Below, in pieces: positions 41,365-51,722 of a DNA stretch of 64,000 nt (position 1 is the first letter of the stretch; each line of letters begins with the position of its first letter). A program made the position numbers and the translations under genes. The stretch is from the IMG/VR virus record IMGVR_UViG_3300012156_000141, one strand, 5' to 3'. Source of the stretch: a virus. The notes beneath the pieces were generated by a model, which was given only the letters and a program-made list of their open reading frames with translations, searched no databases and was not told the origin of the DNA.

Positions 41365-44199
41365 ATGAAAACAGCATTAAAAGAAAATGAAAGACTCCTT
41401 GCATTGCAAGGGAAATCATTGCAAGAAATTGAAGCAAAAGATATTCTTCCTACAGTAGTGTATTCCGGCCGAGAAGATGATTATGAAAATGCTCATATCT
41501 CATTCAGATTAGATGATGATAGATTAAACACGATATTCAGTGTTAATTACTATGAAGATCCGGATACAAGGGAAGAATATGCTATAATCGCTATTGATAA
41601 TAAGACTTTTGAGATTCCTGCAACCAAGTATAATGATTTAAACTTTTCCGAATTTGATAATCGCTTAAATCAGATAAAAAAAGAATATGGAGATGTTAAT
41701 GTCTATATCGACAATAAATTTCTTCAGGAACAAGAACATATACAAAGCGAACCAGTAGCAGAAACAACTAGCACTGAGATAGAACAAGATAATGAAACAG
41801 ATGTCTTTGATCCTGAGCCTGCCAATTCATTAGCAAAAAATCATGCTCGAACAAAACTAGAAGAAACAGAAGTCCCTGTTGATATTCGTGATATTGCTAA
41901 TAAATTAGAGGAAAAAGGTTATATACTGCATGTTAAACAAGGCGGACATCTATTGGTACAAGACCCTAACCTTGCTCCACAAAACTCAATCACTGTCACT
42001 AAAAAAAATGCTTATATAGAAGATGTAAACTTACAATCACATTCAGCGATTGGTCTTTACAATGAAATGAAAGAAAATGTATTGGGAGCAATTGATGAAA
42101 GCTTTACTGAAACAAAAGAAAAAAATGAAATAATAAATAACTACACTAAAGTCGCTGATGTATCTGTATTATTTGTAACCCAGGATTTGCTTAGAACTCA
42201 CATTGACATGGACAATCAGCACGACTTTAAGGATGTAATGTCTGGTTCAAAGGCAGAGTATCAGTTTTTTGACGAAAAAGGCAATGACTATGTTTTTATC
42301 TCATTAGATTATACTGTTAATAAGGACAAGGAAAAAACTGTTGATCCAGTATTAAATGTTCGTTATGGCAAAGAATATGGCAAAACTGAAATTTCTTTTG
42401 AAATCAGTCAGGAAGATATTGATGCACTAAAGAATAGCACTTTCTATAAAGCGGAGTTAGCGCAAAAGATAAATACTCTAACCAGCATTGGAGACAAAGA
42501 CAGAGAGTTTGCATACGCAAACATGAAATCATGGAAGGTGAAAGGTTTATTAGATAAAAACATATCAAAAGAATTCAGCTTTTTGAATGCGAACAAGATT
42601 GAATACTTTACAAACGTGGCATTAGAGTACTATTCACAAAAACGAGACACAACTTTAGCGGAGTTTGAATTAAAAAAGCTGAAAGACGCTCCATTTTATC
42701 GTTCAGGGATGTCTAGTCAAAATATTCATGATACGTTAGCAAAAGCTTTTAATGATATTGAAAAGAAAGTAAATGTTACCAACTTTGATAATCTGATAAA
42801 AAATGCGATTAACCATCAAAGCTTTTCATACAAAAAGTTTGAGGATGGTGAATTAGCTTTTGATTCCACTGAGAAAGAACCTATCAATTATGACCGTGAA
42901 TGGATGAATAAGTTGGCTAAATTAGAAGATTCTATACTAGACTTAAGATATGGACCCATACAGGATGCTATGGACATCGCTAAGTCGGTGAGAAGAGGGA
43001 CAAAAGAATTCGTTGAAGGAATTGCAGAATTCAAAAGCGATGGTGTTTATTCCGGGTTTGACGTTGGCGGAGGTCTCACTTCTTTCAGAGATGGTTGGGC
43101 TTATGGAGATATTGTTTCTTCATTAGAAAGAGAGTATCGAAAACTAACACAATCAGATAATGATTTTGATAGGATTGCTGCTATTGATAAAAAAATGGAT
43201 TTAAAATTATTAAGAGACGATATCAGAGACAATGCCAATGTTTATACGAAAGCAGCTATTTCACTGCATGTAAATGCGGATAAGATGCTAGACATAATAA
43301 AATCTCTTAGAACAGAGAAAGCTGAAAATACACTAACAGAAAGCAGATTTAAGGGATTAAAGAAACAATTTATAGAATACAGCAAGAAGTTTGTAGAAGC
43401 TTATAATTCTTTGAAAGCTTCAATCGAAAAGATGAATACAAATATCAAATCATTTGGTGCAAATACCAAAGGGCATGGTCTTGACGCAATTGCTTACACG
43501 GAAGCTAAGAGTAACATTGTGTTAAACAATGTTAAGGATAACTTTAATAGTATAAGTAAAAACGCTCAAATTCTGTTAAATATGAAAGAATTTAATAAAG
43601 AAAGAATTGCTGAAAAATTGAATGATATAAGAGTAGAAAAAACTTTTGGCTCATTGTCATATACGCAGTTTAATGCTCAGGCTAAAACAAGATTCTGGTC
43701 TGAACTAGATAGTGCTATTCAAGCCGGTGAAGATGCAAGAAGGATGCCTGAAACAGAAAGAACTGCTGAAGATAATCAAACAATTCGTTTTGGAAATCAA
43801 ATGAACTATCAAAAGGAACAAGGATTATTTGTTGCTGAGTCAATCAGAAACGAAATAAAGCATTGTGTGACTGAAAAAGTTCCTTATAACCAGGCAGTAG
43901 AAAGATTAGCCCAAACATATAACAATGAAGCCATGACCTTTAAATTGAGAAATTCCGAATCGAGTGTAAAAAATTATCATGAACTGTCTGATAACGAAAA
44001 AGAAATGTGCAAAGACTTAATGAAGGATTTATTAAAGACAATGCCAAAGGCAGAAGCAACTTTGACTAGCAATGAGATTACAAAAACGACTCAAGAAAAG
44101 GTTACTGATAAATTACAAGTGCAGGAAAGTAATAATCATAGTAATATCATAAAGTCAGCTAAACAAGAAGAAACTACTGTCATATTTGCGGCAAGATAA
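41365..44199 (+). CDS. large hypothetical protein, helical C-terminal half
   Basis: Long ORF; AGGAGG RBS before ATG 41365. Confidence 0.8.
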   Translation: MKTALKENERLLALQGKSLQEIEAKDILPTVVYSGREDDYENAHISFRLDDDRLNTIFSVNYYEDPDTREEYAIIAIDNKTFEIPATKYNDLNFSEFDNRLNQIKKEYGDVNVYIDNKFLQEQEHIQSEPVAETTSTEIEQDNETDVFDPEPANSLAKNHARTKLEETEVPVDIRDIANKLEEKGYILHVKQGGHLLVQDPNLAPQNSITVTKKNAYIEDVNLQSHSAIGLYNEMKENVLGAIDESFTETKEKNEIINNYTKVADVSVLFVTQDLLRTHIDMDNQHDFKDVMSGSKAEYQFFDEKGNDYVFISLDYTVNKDKEKTVDPVLNVRYGKEYGKTEISFEISQEDIDALKNSTFYKAELAQKINTLTSIGDKDREFAYANMKSWKVKGLLDKNISKEFSFLNANKIEYFTNVALEYYSQKRDTTLAEFELKKLKDAPFYRSGMSSQNIHDTLAKAFNDIEKKVNVTNFDNLIKNAINHQSFSYKKFEDGELAFDSTEKEPINYDREWMNKLAKLEDSILDLRYGPIQDAMDIAKSVRRGTKEFVEGIAEFKSDGVYSGFDVGGGLTSFRDGWAYGDIVSSLEREYRKLTQSDNDFDRIAAIDKKMDLKLLRDDIRDNANVYTKAAISLHVNADKMLDIIKSLRTEKAENTLTESRFKGLKKQFIEYSKKFVEAYNSLKASIEKMNTNIKSFGANTKGHGLDAIAYTEAKSNIVLNNVKDNFNSISKNAQILLNMKEFNKERIAEKLNDIRVEKTFGSLSYTQFNAQAKTRFWSELDSAIQAGEDARRMPETERTAEDNQTIRFGNQMNYQKEQGLFVAESIRNEIKHCVTEKVPYNQAVERLAQTYNNEAMTFKLRNSESSVKNYHELSDNEKEMCKDLMKDLLKTMPKAEATLTSNEITKTTQEKVTDKLQVQESNNHSNIIKSAKQEETTVIFAAR

Positions 44200-44293
44200 A
44201 AGAGCCATAAGGCTCTTTTTTGGTGAATTTCAATTTATCTCATTTGATTTGTGACCATTATATAAACATATACAAGATAATTGGAGGATGTAC

Positions 44294-45049
44294 ATGATGA
44301 GAGTACCTGTTGTAACATTGGTTGCTGTAGGAATTGCTGTAGGATGTTTTGCATGGTTTAATCATGCAGAAGAAAAAAAGAACACAGATGTTCAAGCTTT
44401 TTCACTAGTAGCTGAATTAGTTACAGAAGATACAAAAAAGGCAATGAAAATCAATAAAACTTTTGTTGAAACAGAAACTAAAGTTAAGCGCATCGAAGAA
44501 GATGAAAATCTGGTTTATGTTTCACCATATGATTTCGAGGAATTAAATGAAATTAATGATGAGATTGTTGCATGGGTAAATATTCCGGAGACATCAGTGG
44601 ATTATCCAATTGTATTTAATGGAACAGATGATTATATTCATAAAGACTTACAAGGTGAATATAGCTATGCGGGAACTCCTTTCGTAGACAAAACAGCTGC
44701 AGAGCCGATGAGAGACTCTGTAAATGTGATTTATGGACACCATATGAAAGATGGTTCCATGTTTGCGGCAATAGATCAATACAATGATCCAATATTTTTC
44801 CAAGAGCATAATGTCATCAATGTTTATCTGAATGACAAAGAAATGACTCTGACTCCGGTAATGACCATAACAGGAAAAGCTGATGCGGCAGTAAGAGAGA
44901 TTATCACAGTAGATTCACTGAACGAATTTGCTAAGGGAAAAACAATAACTGCTGGCGATCTGCCTGAAGATTTCGAATACCTGTACATATTTGTAACATG
45001 CAATTATTCGGACAAAGATTTTCGTACATATCTTGTTTGTTCAAAATAA
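44294..45049 (+). CDS. srtB: class B sortase
   Basis: N-terminal TM; WVNIPETSVDYPIV, IYGHHMKDGSMF, VTC...R catalytic residues. Confidence 0.88.
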   Translation: MMRVPVVTLVAVGIAVGCFAWFNHAEEKKNTDVQAFSLVAELVTEDTKKAMKINKTFVETETKVKRIEEDENLVYVSPYDFEELNEINDEIVAWVNIPETSVDYPIVFNGTDDYIHKDLQGEYSYAGTPFVDKTAAEPMRDSVNVIYGHHMKDGSMFAAIDQYNDPIFFQEHNVINVYLNDKEMTLTPVMTITGKADAAVREIITVDSLNEFAKGKTITAGDLPEDFEYLYIFVTCNYSDKDFRTYLVCSK

Positions 45050-45108
45050 AGAAGGCTATGCCTTCTTTTTCTTTTCGCATCTCTCATAATAAATTTGGAG
45101 GGATTACT

Positions 45109-45519
45109 ATGAATAATAAACAAAAAAAAATAGAAGAACTGTTTAGGGAAACATTTGCCCAGACAATAGATTTTTACGGAAGTGATAATTTTTATTTTTG
45201 TGGAAAAAAGATGTATGTAAAATTAAAGAACTCTTTTGTCGTTTCGGTTGATTTTCAAGGAACTGATATTGCTTACAATTTAATTTCGTTAATGGTTTGT
45301 AATAAAGCTGGAATATTAGACCAGAATATTACACCATTTAAAATGATATTCAAAGAAAGTAAATCAGAAATTGGGCATGAAAAAATGATTAACTTAAAGC
45401 AAATATTAAATGCCACCGGCGAATATTCCGTAATCTGGGTTACTGATATGCCAGAAAAAGATTTAGAAGATTTAAATAATCATTTAATCAACTACATTGA
45501 ACTGTTTTCAGCAATATAA
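45109..45519 (+). CDS. hypothetical protein
   Basis: GGAGG RBS before ATG 45109. Confidence 0.7.
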   Translation: MNNKQKKIEELFRETFAQTIDFYGSDNFYFCGKKMYVKLKNSFVVSVDFQGTDIAYNLISLMVCNKAGILDQNITPFKMIFKESKSEIGHEKMINLKQILNATGEYSVIWVTDMPEKDLEDLNNHLINYIELFSAI

Positions 45520-45613
45520 TGAGGTGAATTGAAACCTCTTTTTTAATCTAAAATCATAAAATCTTACATAATATAATAAATACCAATTTAGAAGATAGTT
45601 TAAGGAGATTTTT

Positions 45614-46003
45614 ATGATATTAATTATTGCTTATATTTTTATTATTTTAGGCTTCATTATATGGTTTAAATGTACAACTACATTTTCGATAGCCGGAAAA
45701 ATAATTTACAGAAAAAAAGAACAAATAAAACAAGAATCAGTTGATTTAATGATTGGTGTAGTAAAAGAAATAAGGCCAACTAAAGACAAATACAATGAAG
45801 TTCTTATTGCCTATAGTTTGGACGAGGGAGAAACATACCTTGAACAAATAATAGAGACTAAGAAAAAACATTTAGAGAAAAATGTCGTTATAAGAATGCT
45901 CGATAATGGGACAGTTGAACTATATGAGAAGAGTAAGGTGCCATTAATAGCTTCTTTATTATGTTGGACTGTTGGGCTTGTATTATGCGTGTTTGTTAAA
46001 TAA
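45614..46003 (+). CDS. membrane protein (N- and C-terminal TM)
   Basis: Hydrophobic termini; AAGGAG RBS. Confidence 0.75.
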   Translation: MILIIAYIFIILGFIIWFKCTTTFSIAGKIIYRKKEQIKQESVDLMIGVVKEIRPTKDKYNEVLIAYSLDEGETYLEQIIETKKKHLEKNVVIRMLDNGTVELYEKSKVPLIASLLCWTVGLVLCVFVK

Positions 46004-46013
46004 GGAGGTTTTC

Positions 46014-46565
46014 ATGGATCAAACTGTACGATTATATAAATTACATGACTTTGACCTTGTCTATTTACAAAAAGTATTGAACTTTCCTATAAAAGATGCT
46101 ATGAAAATGGCATTAAAAGCTTACATAAGAAATGAACCGGTTTTTTTAAAAATACCAGTAACGCAAATAGACACAAAGACAGAGCAGGAAGCACTAACGA
46201 TGAAATCCGTTCAGTTCCATTTAATGCTGGATGAAGTGGAAGATGATAAGGAAATAGCTTATCTAAAAAATATAAAGAAAAACATGCGGAATTCCTTTTT
46301 GAAAAATTTACTTAGAGGTTATTTAGCTGGTCCGGTAGGGTATGTATATGAAAGTATGAATAAGGCAGATGATACCCAGAATACCTATAAGCAATTAGAA
46401 GATAATATTTTAGGGATTAAGAGTTTAAAACCTTTGCCGAAGAGAGGGAAAAGAAAAAAGCATATTGTCTTAACAACAAAACAAAAAGAGCTATTTGATT
46501 TAACAGGAGCATTAGATGATGTGGAGGTGATTGTAAATGATAGAGATTCAAATAAAGGTAAATAA
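46014..46565 (+). CDS. hypothetical protein, possibly tandem ribbon-helix-helix DNA-binding
   Basis: AAGGAGG RBS; two strand-helix-helix-like segments (TVRLY...KMALKAYI and QFHLML...NSFLKNLLRGYL); the fold call is an inference. Confidence 0.6.
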   Translation: MDQTVRLYKLHDFDLVYLQKVLNFPIKDAMKMALKAYIRNEPVFLKIPVTQIDTKTEQEALTMKSVQFHLMLDEVEDDKEIAYLKNIKKNMRNSFLKNLLRGYLAGPVGYVYESMNKADDTQNTYKQLEDNILGIKSLKPLPKRGKRKKHIVLTTKQKELFDLTGALDDVEVIVNDRDSNKGK

Positions 46566-46791
46566 TGTTGATGAAGCCATAAATATAGTAAGGCGGGCAG
46601 ACAAATTAAAAAATGATGCTGACTTTACTAATGGAAGGGTTTTGGTAGATGCGAAAAGCCTTATGGGCGTTTTGGCAGCCGATTTTTCAAAACCTTGTAA
46701 AATTATTGTGCTAAATGACACTGTAACAAGCGATATAAATGATTTTGTAGAATCTATTAAAGAAAATATAATCTCAATGGAGGCAAAATAA
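46537..46791 (+). CDS. HPr-like protein lacking His15
   Basis: VDAKSLMGV (Ser46 motif) present; GLHARP motif absent. Confidence 0.8.
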   Translation: MIEIQIKVNNVDEAINIVRRADKLKNDADFTNGRVLVDAKSLMGVLAADFSKPCKIIVLNDTVTSDINDFVESIKENIISMEAK

Positions 46792-47072
46792 TGAAAAATG
46801 AAAATAAATTTGATAGAACAAAAGAATATGAGGAAGAAATCGTTGACTTGGTTTTTAAGCTGCGAAGTACATGCAATCGAGTCGGAATTCCTATGTTTTT
46901 ATCTATGTGTGTAAAAAATGATGAACATGAAACTGTATACAAAAATGAAATGGTGGGAGCGGCTTCCACTGGAATTAAATTAACTGATGATAAACTAGTC
47001 AAATTTGTAAATGTATTAAATGGTTTTGATACAGTTCCAAAAGCTGTAGAAGAAGAATATGAGTTTGAGTAA
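46791..47072 (+). CDS. hypothetical protein
   Basis: TAATG coupling to the upstream gene; GGAGG RBS. Confidence 0.75.
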   Translation: MKNENKFDRTKEYEEEIVDLVFKLRSTCNRVGIPMFLSMCVKNDEHETVYKNEMVGAASTGIKLTDDKLVKFVNVLNGFDTVPKAVEEEYEFE

Positions 47073-47170
47073 GAACTAAGAGATTAGAAGAGAGGGTAAT
47101 TCCTCTCTGTTTTTGATTAGCCAATTGAAATTCTGACATATTATTAATATAAAAAATGTGAGGTGCATAA

Positions 47171-49651
47171 ATGAATATATCAAAAATAAACAATTATATG
47201 TTACAAAAGAAAATGTCTTTAGTTGTTGATAAAAGAGATTATTTTCAAGACCCAGTAAATCCCAATATTGTATTTGGTGCTATAGCCAATTTAGAAAGTT
47301 GGAATGTTACAATTAGTAAAGAATTGATTGAAGAACTACTAAAGGTGTCCGAAAAGGATTTTCTGAACAAATATTACAATCCATTAGTAGAGACTTTCAA
47401 GTACATGAAAGGCGATGATGTATCTCATAACAATTTTGTATTTCAGAATTTTCCGGAAAGTTGTAGAGATATTTCATCGGAGAAATTATCCGAAATGAGA
47501 TTTCTCAGATATTATACGGTTATATTTGATGAGGTGTTCGGAACAGATACAACCAGTCAAATTATGGATGGAGAAAAACCAGAGTATATAGCAAGGCCAG
47601 CAGCAAAGGCAGCTGAATTAGAAGTTATTAAAAAAGCAATAATCGATGACTTCTACATATTGAACCAAAATTTAATAGGTGGTAAGTTGGCATTATCTAC
47701 TTTGGATAGAGAAATTGTGGATTTTGCAATTAATGAAAAAGATATTAATAATAGTCTGATTATTCCTGAAGAAATTCCATATAAAGAAACTCTGGCTCTA
47801 ATGTTTAAATATGACATGGATAAACAACTTCATCTGGATTTGCCATTAAATTCATATATTGATTTCAAACGGACATTATCAGTACTATCTGATCAAGATC
47901 CTTCAGATAAAAAAATAAAGTTAAGAAAGTTTACAGACAAAGAAAAAATATATCTCCTGAAAAAATTAGAAAGAGCCTATAATAATAAGTCACAACTAGT
48001 GGGAGACCAAATGTATAAAGATAGACAGTTTATCTATCATTTGGGACAGTATTGGAAGATGGGACGATATAAATCTGTTTGTCCTAATATAAATTCAATT
48101 GTAACAAAGATTCAAAATAATAGCTACCATGTATATACTGAAGCAAGAAAAAAAGAAGAGGCTGTATTAAGCAAAGATGTTATCAGATTACACGATTTAT
48201 TAAAGAATCAACCTGGTGAATATTTTAGAAGGCTCTATTTTATGCTTAATAATGCAAAAAATCAAGAACAAATTGATATTATATTAGATGATGCAAAGCC
48301 GTTGGCTTCAAAAGTTTCTAATAACATTTTATTGTCAGCAAATAAAGAAATTATATCAGCAGAACATCCAGAAATTGTAAGGACAGTATTTCCGCATGGA
48401 AATACAAGACAGGCAGCTCAGTATGAATCCTTTAAAAAGCCATTAAATAAAAAAATCATAGACAGAGTAGATGAAATTTGTAAAACGGCAATGATTAACA
48501 GGCTTTCAAAAAAGCTAGACTTTAGTAATGAAAAAATATATATTTCAAAGGATATGAAACTCTGCCCAGTTCCCTTTGGAGTAAAAGATGAAAGTGGTGG
48601 TGGAAGAACGCTTACTAAAGGAACATACTTCGATATTGAGGATCAAAGAAAAATCACTTTGGAAAATATCCTTGAAGATAAAAGAAAGGATAATATATTG
48701 AGGTTATTCGTTTACAAAGAAATCCCAGAAGGTGGAGGATTTGTCGATTTATCAGTTAGCTTCTTGGATAAAAATTGCGAACTTGTCGATCAGTGTTCTT
48801 GGACAAATTTAAAAACATCAGAGGATGGGTATCCATTAGCTGTTCATTCTGGTGATGGACATGATTGTGAAAAAGGATTGAGCGAATTCATTGATATTGA
48901 TTTAAAAACATTAGATAATTATGCAAAGGAAAAAAATGTATCATATATAGCTATGCAAATTCACTCATGGAATTCAATTCCATTTAAAAATATGAAAAGA
49001 TGCTTTGCCGGTGTTATGCGAACAGATGATATGATTAAAGAAAAGATACCAACACAAAGTAGATATAAAATATTTGATCCTAAAATAGTTAAAAGTAAAA
49101 TAGATTTAACTGGGAGTGAAATATCATGCATTCCATTTATATATGATATTAAAAAAAACAAATGTATTGTTACTGATATCGCATTAGGTAAATCAGGGTA
49201 TTATAGTGCTAAGAAAAATAATAGCACTGAAATAACTGAGAAATTGTTATCATATGCACAAAAATATGATATAGCTCTACCAGCAATCGAAAATTATCCA
49301 ACATTAGAGTCTTGCAGTGATTTGGTTTCAAATATTACTAGAAATATTGTGAATAATCATTATCCTAATTTATATGAATTATATCATTTGGCAGCAGTGG
49401 CTGGAGGAGCAACAAAAGAGCATTTTACAATAAATGAAAAAGATGCAACTATTTCGTTTTCATGGAATGGAACAATAACACCATATGATAGAGATGTTAT
49501 AACAAAAACTTTTATGACCTTAGAAAAAGATGTAGAACTTAATTCTATAGATTTGGATGAGGAAGAATTAAAACAAAGTTTTAATTTATATACAGACTTA
49601 GTCAGTGATAAAGAATGTTTATTAGGAGCAAAAATTGAACAGGAAAGATAA
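47171..49651 (+). CDS. large protein with helical N-terminal region and C-terminal TerD-like domain
   Basis: QPGEYFRRL, VDLSVSFLD, HSGD...SEFIDIDL, CFAGVM, FDPKIVKSKIDL. Confidence 0.7.
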   Translation: MNISKINNYMLQKKMSLVVDKRDYFQDPVNPNIVFGAIANLESWNVTISKELIEELLKVSEKDFLNKYYNPLVETFKYMKGDDVSHNNFVFQNFPESCRDISSEKLSEMRFLRYYTVIFDEVFGTDTTSQIMDGEKPEYIARPAAKAAELEVIKKAIIDDFYILNQNLIGGKLALSTLDREIVDFAINEKDINNSLIIPEEIPYKETLALMFKYDMDKQLHLDLPLNSYIDFKRTLSVLSDQDPSDKKIKLRKFTDKEKIYLLKKLERAYNNKSQLVGDQMYKDRQFIYHLGQYWKMGRYKSVCPNINSIVTKIQNNSYHVYTEARKKEEAVLSKDVIRLHDLLKNQPGEYFRRLYFMLNNAKNQEQIDIILDDAKPLASKVSNNILLSANKEIISAEHPEIVRTVFPHGNTRQAAQYESFKKPLNKKIIDRVDEICKTAMINRLSKKLDFSNEKIYISKDMKLCPVPFGVKDESGGGRTLTKGTYFDIEDQRKITLENILEDKRKDNILRLFVYKEIPEGGGFVDLSVSFLDKNCELVDQCSWTNLKTSEDGYPLAVHSGDGHDCEKGLSEFIDIDLKTLDNYAKEKNVSYIAMQIHSWNSIPFKNMKRCFAGVMRTDDMIKEKIPTQSRYKIFDPKIVKSKIDLTGSEISCIPFIYDIKKNKCIVTDIALGKSGYYSAKKNNSTEITEKLLSYAQKYDIALPAIENYPTLESCSDLVSNITRNIVNNHYPNLYELYHLAAVAGGATKEHFTINEKDATISFSWNGTITPYDRDVITKTFMTLEKDVELNSIDLDEEELKQSFNLYTDLVSDKECLLGAKIEQER

Positions 49652-49656
49652 AAAAT

Positions 49657-49679
49657 AAAACGACACTATGTGTCGTTTT
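49657..49679. terminator. bidirectional intrinsic terminator
   Basis: AAAACGACAC-TAT-GTGTCGTTTT. Confidence 0.8.
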
Positions 49680-49924
49680 ATTTTTATTTATGCTGCTAAT
49701 AAAAGTAATTTAAAATTTCAACAATTTGCTTTATAAGGAGGATCTGTTATTTTATGCATTGGCTACTAATTTCAGTAATATTTGATTGTTAGAGTCACTT
49801 CGAAAAGTGGAATCTAACACTTTTTCTTATTAAAAAAATGAAGGATCTGAAATTTTATGCCTAAAATGAAAAAACTCTCTTATTCATTTATATTATTATT
49901 ATGTGAGAAAAAAATCATAATAAA

Positions 49925-50917
49925 TTATTTTTTTAATATATTAGAATTAATTTCATCTAACTTATCAGGATTATCCTTTAGATATTTCTTGGAATTTTCT
50001 CTGCCCTGTCCGATTTTTTCACCATTATAGGAAAACCAAGCACCACTTTTATCAATAATTCCTTTTTTTACAGCAACATCAAGGACATCACCTTCTGTTG
50101 AGATACCCTCATCAAACACAATATCAAACTCAGCTTCTTTAAATGGTGGAGCCACTTTGTTCTTTACTACCTTGACCCTGACTCTGTTTCCAACTGCGTC
50201 GCCACCGACTTTGAGTGTTTCAATTCGCATTACATCTAAACGAACAGTAGAGTAAAATTTAAGTGCCCGGCCACCGGTTGTTGTTTCTGGATTTCCAAAC
50301 ATAACTCCGATTTTTTCTCTCAATTGGTTAATAAATATAATTGAGCACTTTGTCTTAGCTACAGCAGGTGTCAACTTTCTTAATGCTTGAGACATAAGAC
50401 GAGCTTGTAATCCGACAACAGTATCACCCATTTCGTCCTCAATTTCCTTTTTAGGGACAAGAGCAGCAACAGAGTCAACGACAATAATATCCATAGCACC
50501 ACTGCGAATCAATGTATCAGCTATTTCTAATGCATCTTCACCACAATCTGGTTGTGATATGTATAGTTCATTTGTGTCGACACCGATTTTGCCAGCACAA
50601 ACAGGATCCATAGCATGCTCAGCATCAATAAAGGCAGCAGTACCACCAGCTTTTTGTACCTCAGAAATTACATTTAGCGCCAGGGTGGTCTTTCCGCTGG
50701 ATTCAGGGCCATACACCTCTATGATACGTCCCTTAGGAATATCATTTACACCAAGGGCCGTGTCTAATGAAATTGAACCTGTTGACTAGGTCTCAATGTT
50801 CATATTTGTAGTTTCATCGAGTTTCATAATCGAACCTTGACCATATTGTTTTTCAATATTACTAATAGCGCTTTCCAGTGCCTTTTTCTTATTTTCAACA
50901 GTGTTTTTCTTCTCCAT
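49925..50917 (-). pseudogene. recA: recA interrupted by an in-frame TAG at codon 44
   Basis: ATG 50917: MEKK...ALESAISNIEKQYGQGSIMKL...[15 protein letters not shown]...GPESSGKTT...IVVDSVAAL...[29 protein letters not shown]; stop at 50788-50786. Confidence 0.9.
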
Positions 50918-51075
50918 TGTAGTCGCCTTTTTATTTACTTATATAGATAATATGGTAGATCTAAGCATATTTGAGAGCAAATCCAAGAAAATATTTTCAC
51001 TGATAAATAATTTCTTATCCATGTAAAAATCTAACATATTAATAGTATCAATGATGAATGGAGAGAAGATAAAAT

Positions 51076-51633
51076 ATGATAGCTAATGAAATAATAAATA
51101 ACCTTTTAAGAAAAGTTGAATATTATGATGTGAATGGTAATAGTATTGATTTTACACATAACTTTAAAAATCTTTTAAATGAAAATTGTCGGAAGAAAAA
51201 CAAAGAGGATGTGCTTATTTTTTGTATTGGAACTGATCGTTCTACGGGAGATTGCCTAGGTCCAATGATAGGATCTTTTTTGAGGGATAAGCTTCGAAGA
51301 TTTAGGGTGATTGGCACCCTGGAAAACCCTATCCATGCAATGAATTTAAAGCATTACATGGAAGCAATCCACTGCATGTATCCGAATCATCTAATTATTG
51401 CTATTGATGCTTCCATTGGAGCGAGCAATTTAGTGGGTTCTGTGACACTGAAAGAAGGAAGCTTATGTCCGGGTGCAGGAGTATATAAAGACCTGGGCAG
51501 CATTGGAGATATTACGATAACAGGAATTGTAAGCTGTAATTCTAATGATCTAGCCGGAGTCCGGTTAGCACATATTATGAAAATGGCCAATTGGATAAGC
51601 AATGCTATTTGTATAACCGAAACACTTATATAA
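51076..51633 (+). CDS. yyaC: spore protease YyaC family
   Basis: CIGTDRSTGDCLGPMIG, GTLENPIHAMNL, IAIDASIG, PGAGVYKDL. Confidence 0.9.
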   Translation: MIANEIINNLLRKVEYYDVNGNSIDFTHNFKNLLNENCRKKNKEDVLIFCIGTDRSTGDCLGPMIGSFLRDKLRRFRVIGTLENPIHAMNLKHYMEAIHCMYPNHLIIAIDASIGASNLVGSVTLKEGSLCPGAGVYKDLGSIGDITITGIVSCNSNDLAGVRLAHIMKMANWISNAICITETLI

Positions 51634-51722
51634 AAAAGCCCAATGGGCTTTTTCTTTTGACAAAATAGAAAACCCATCTTTCATATTAGAATCAGCAAAG
51701 TGAAAGGTAAAAATGCAAAAAT

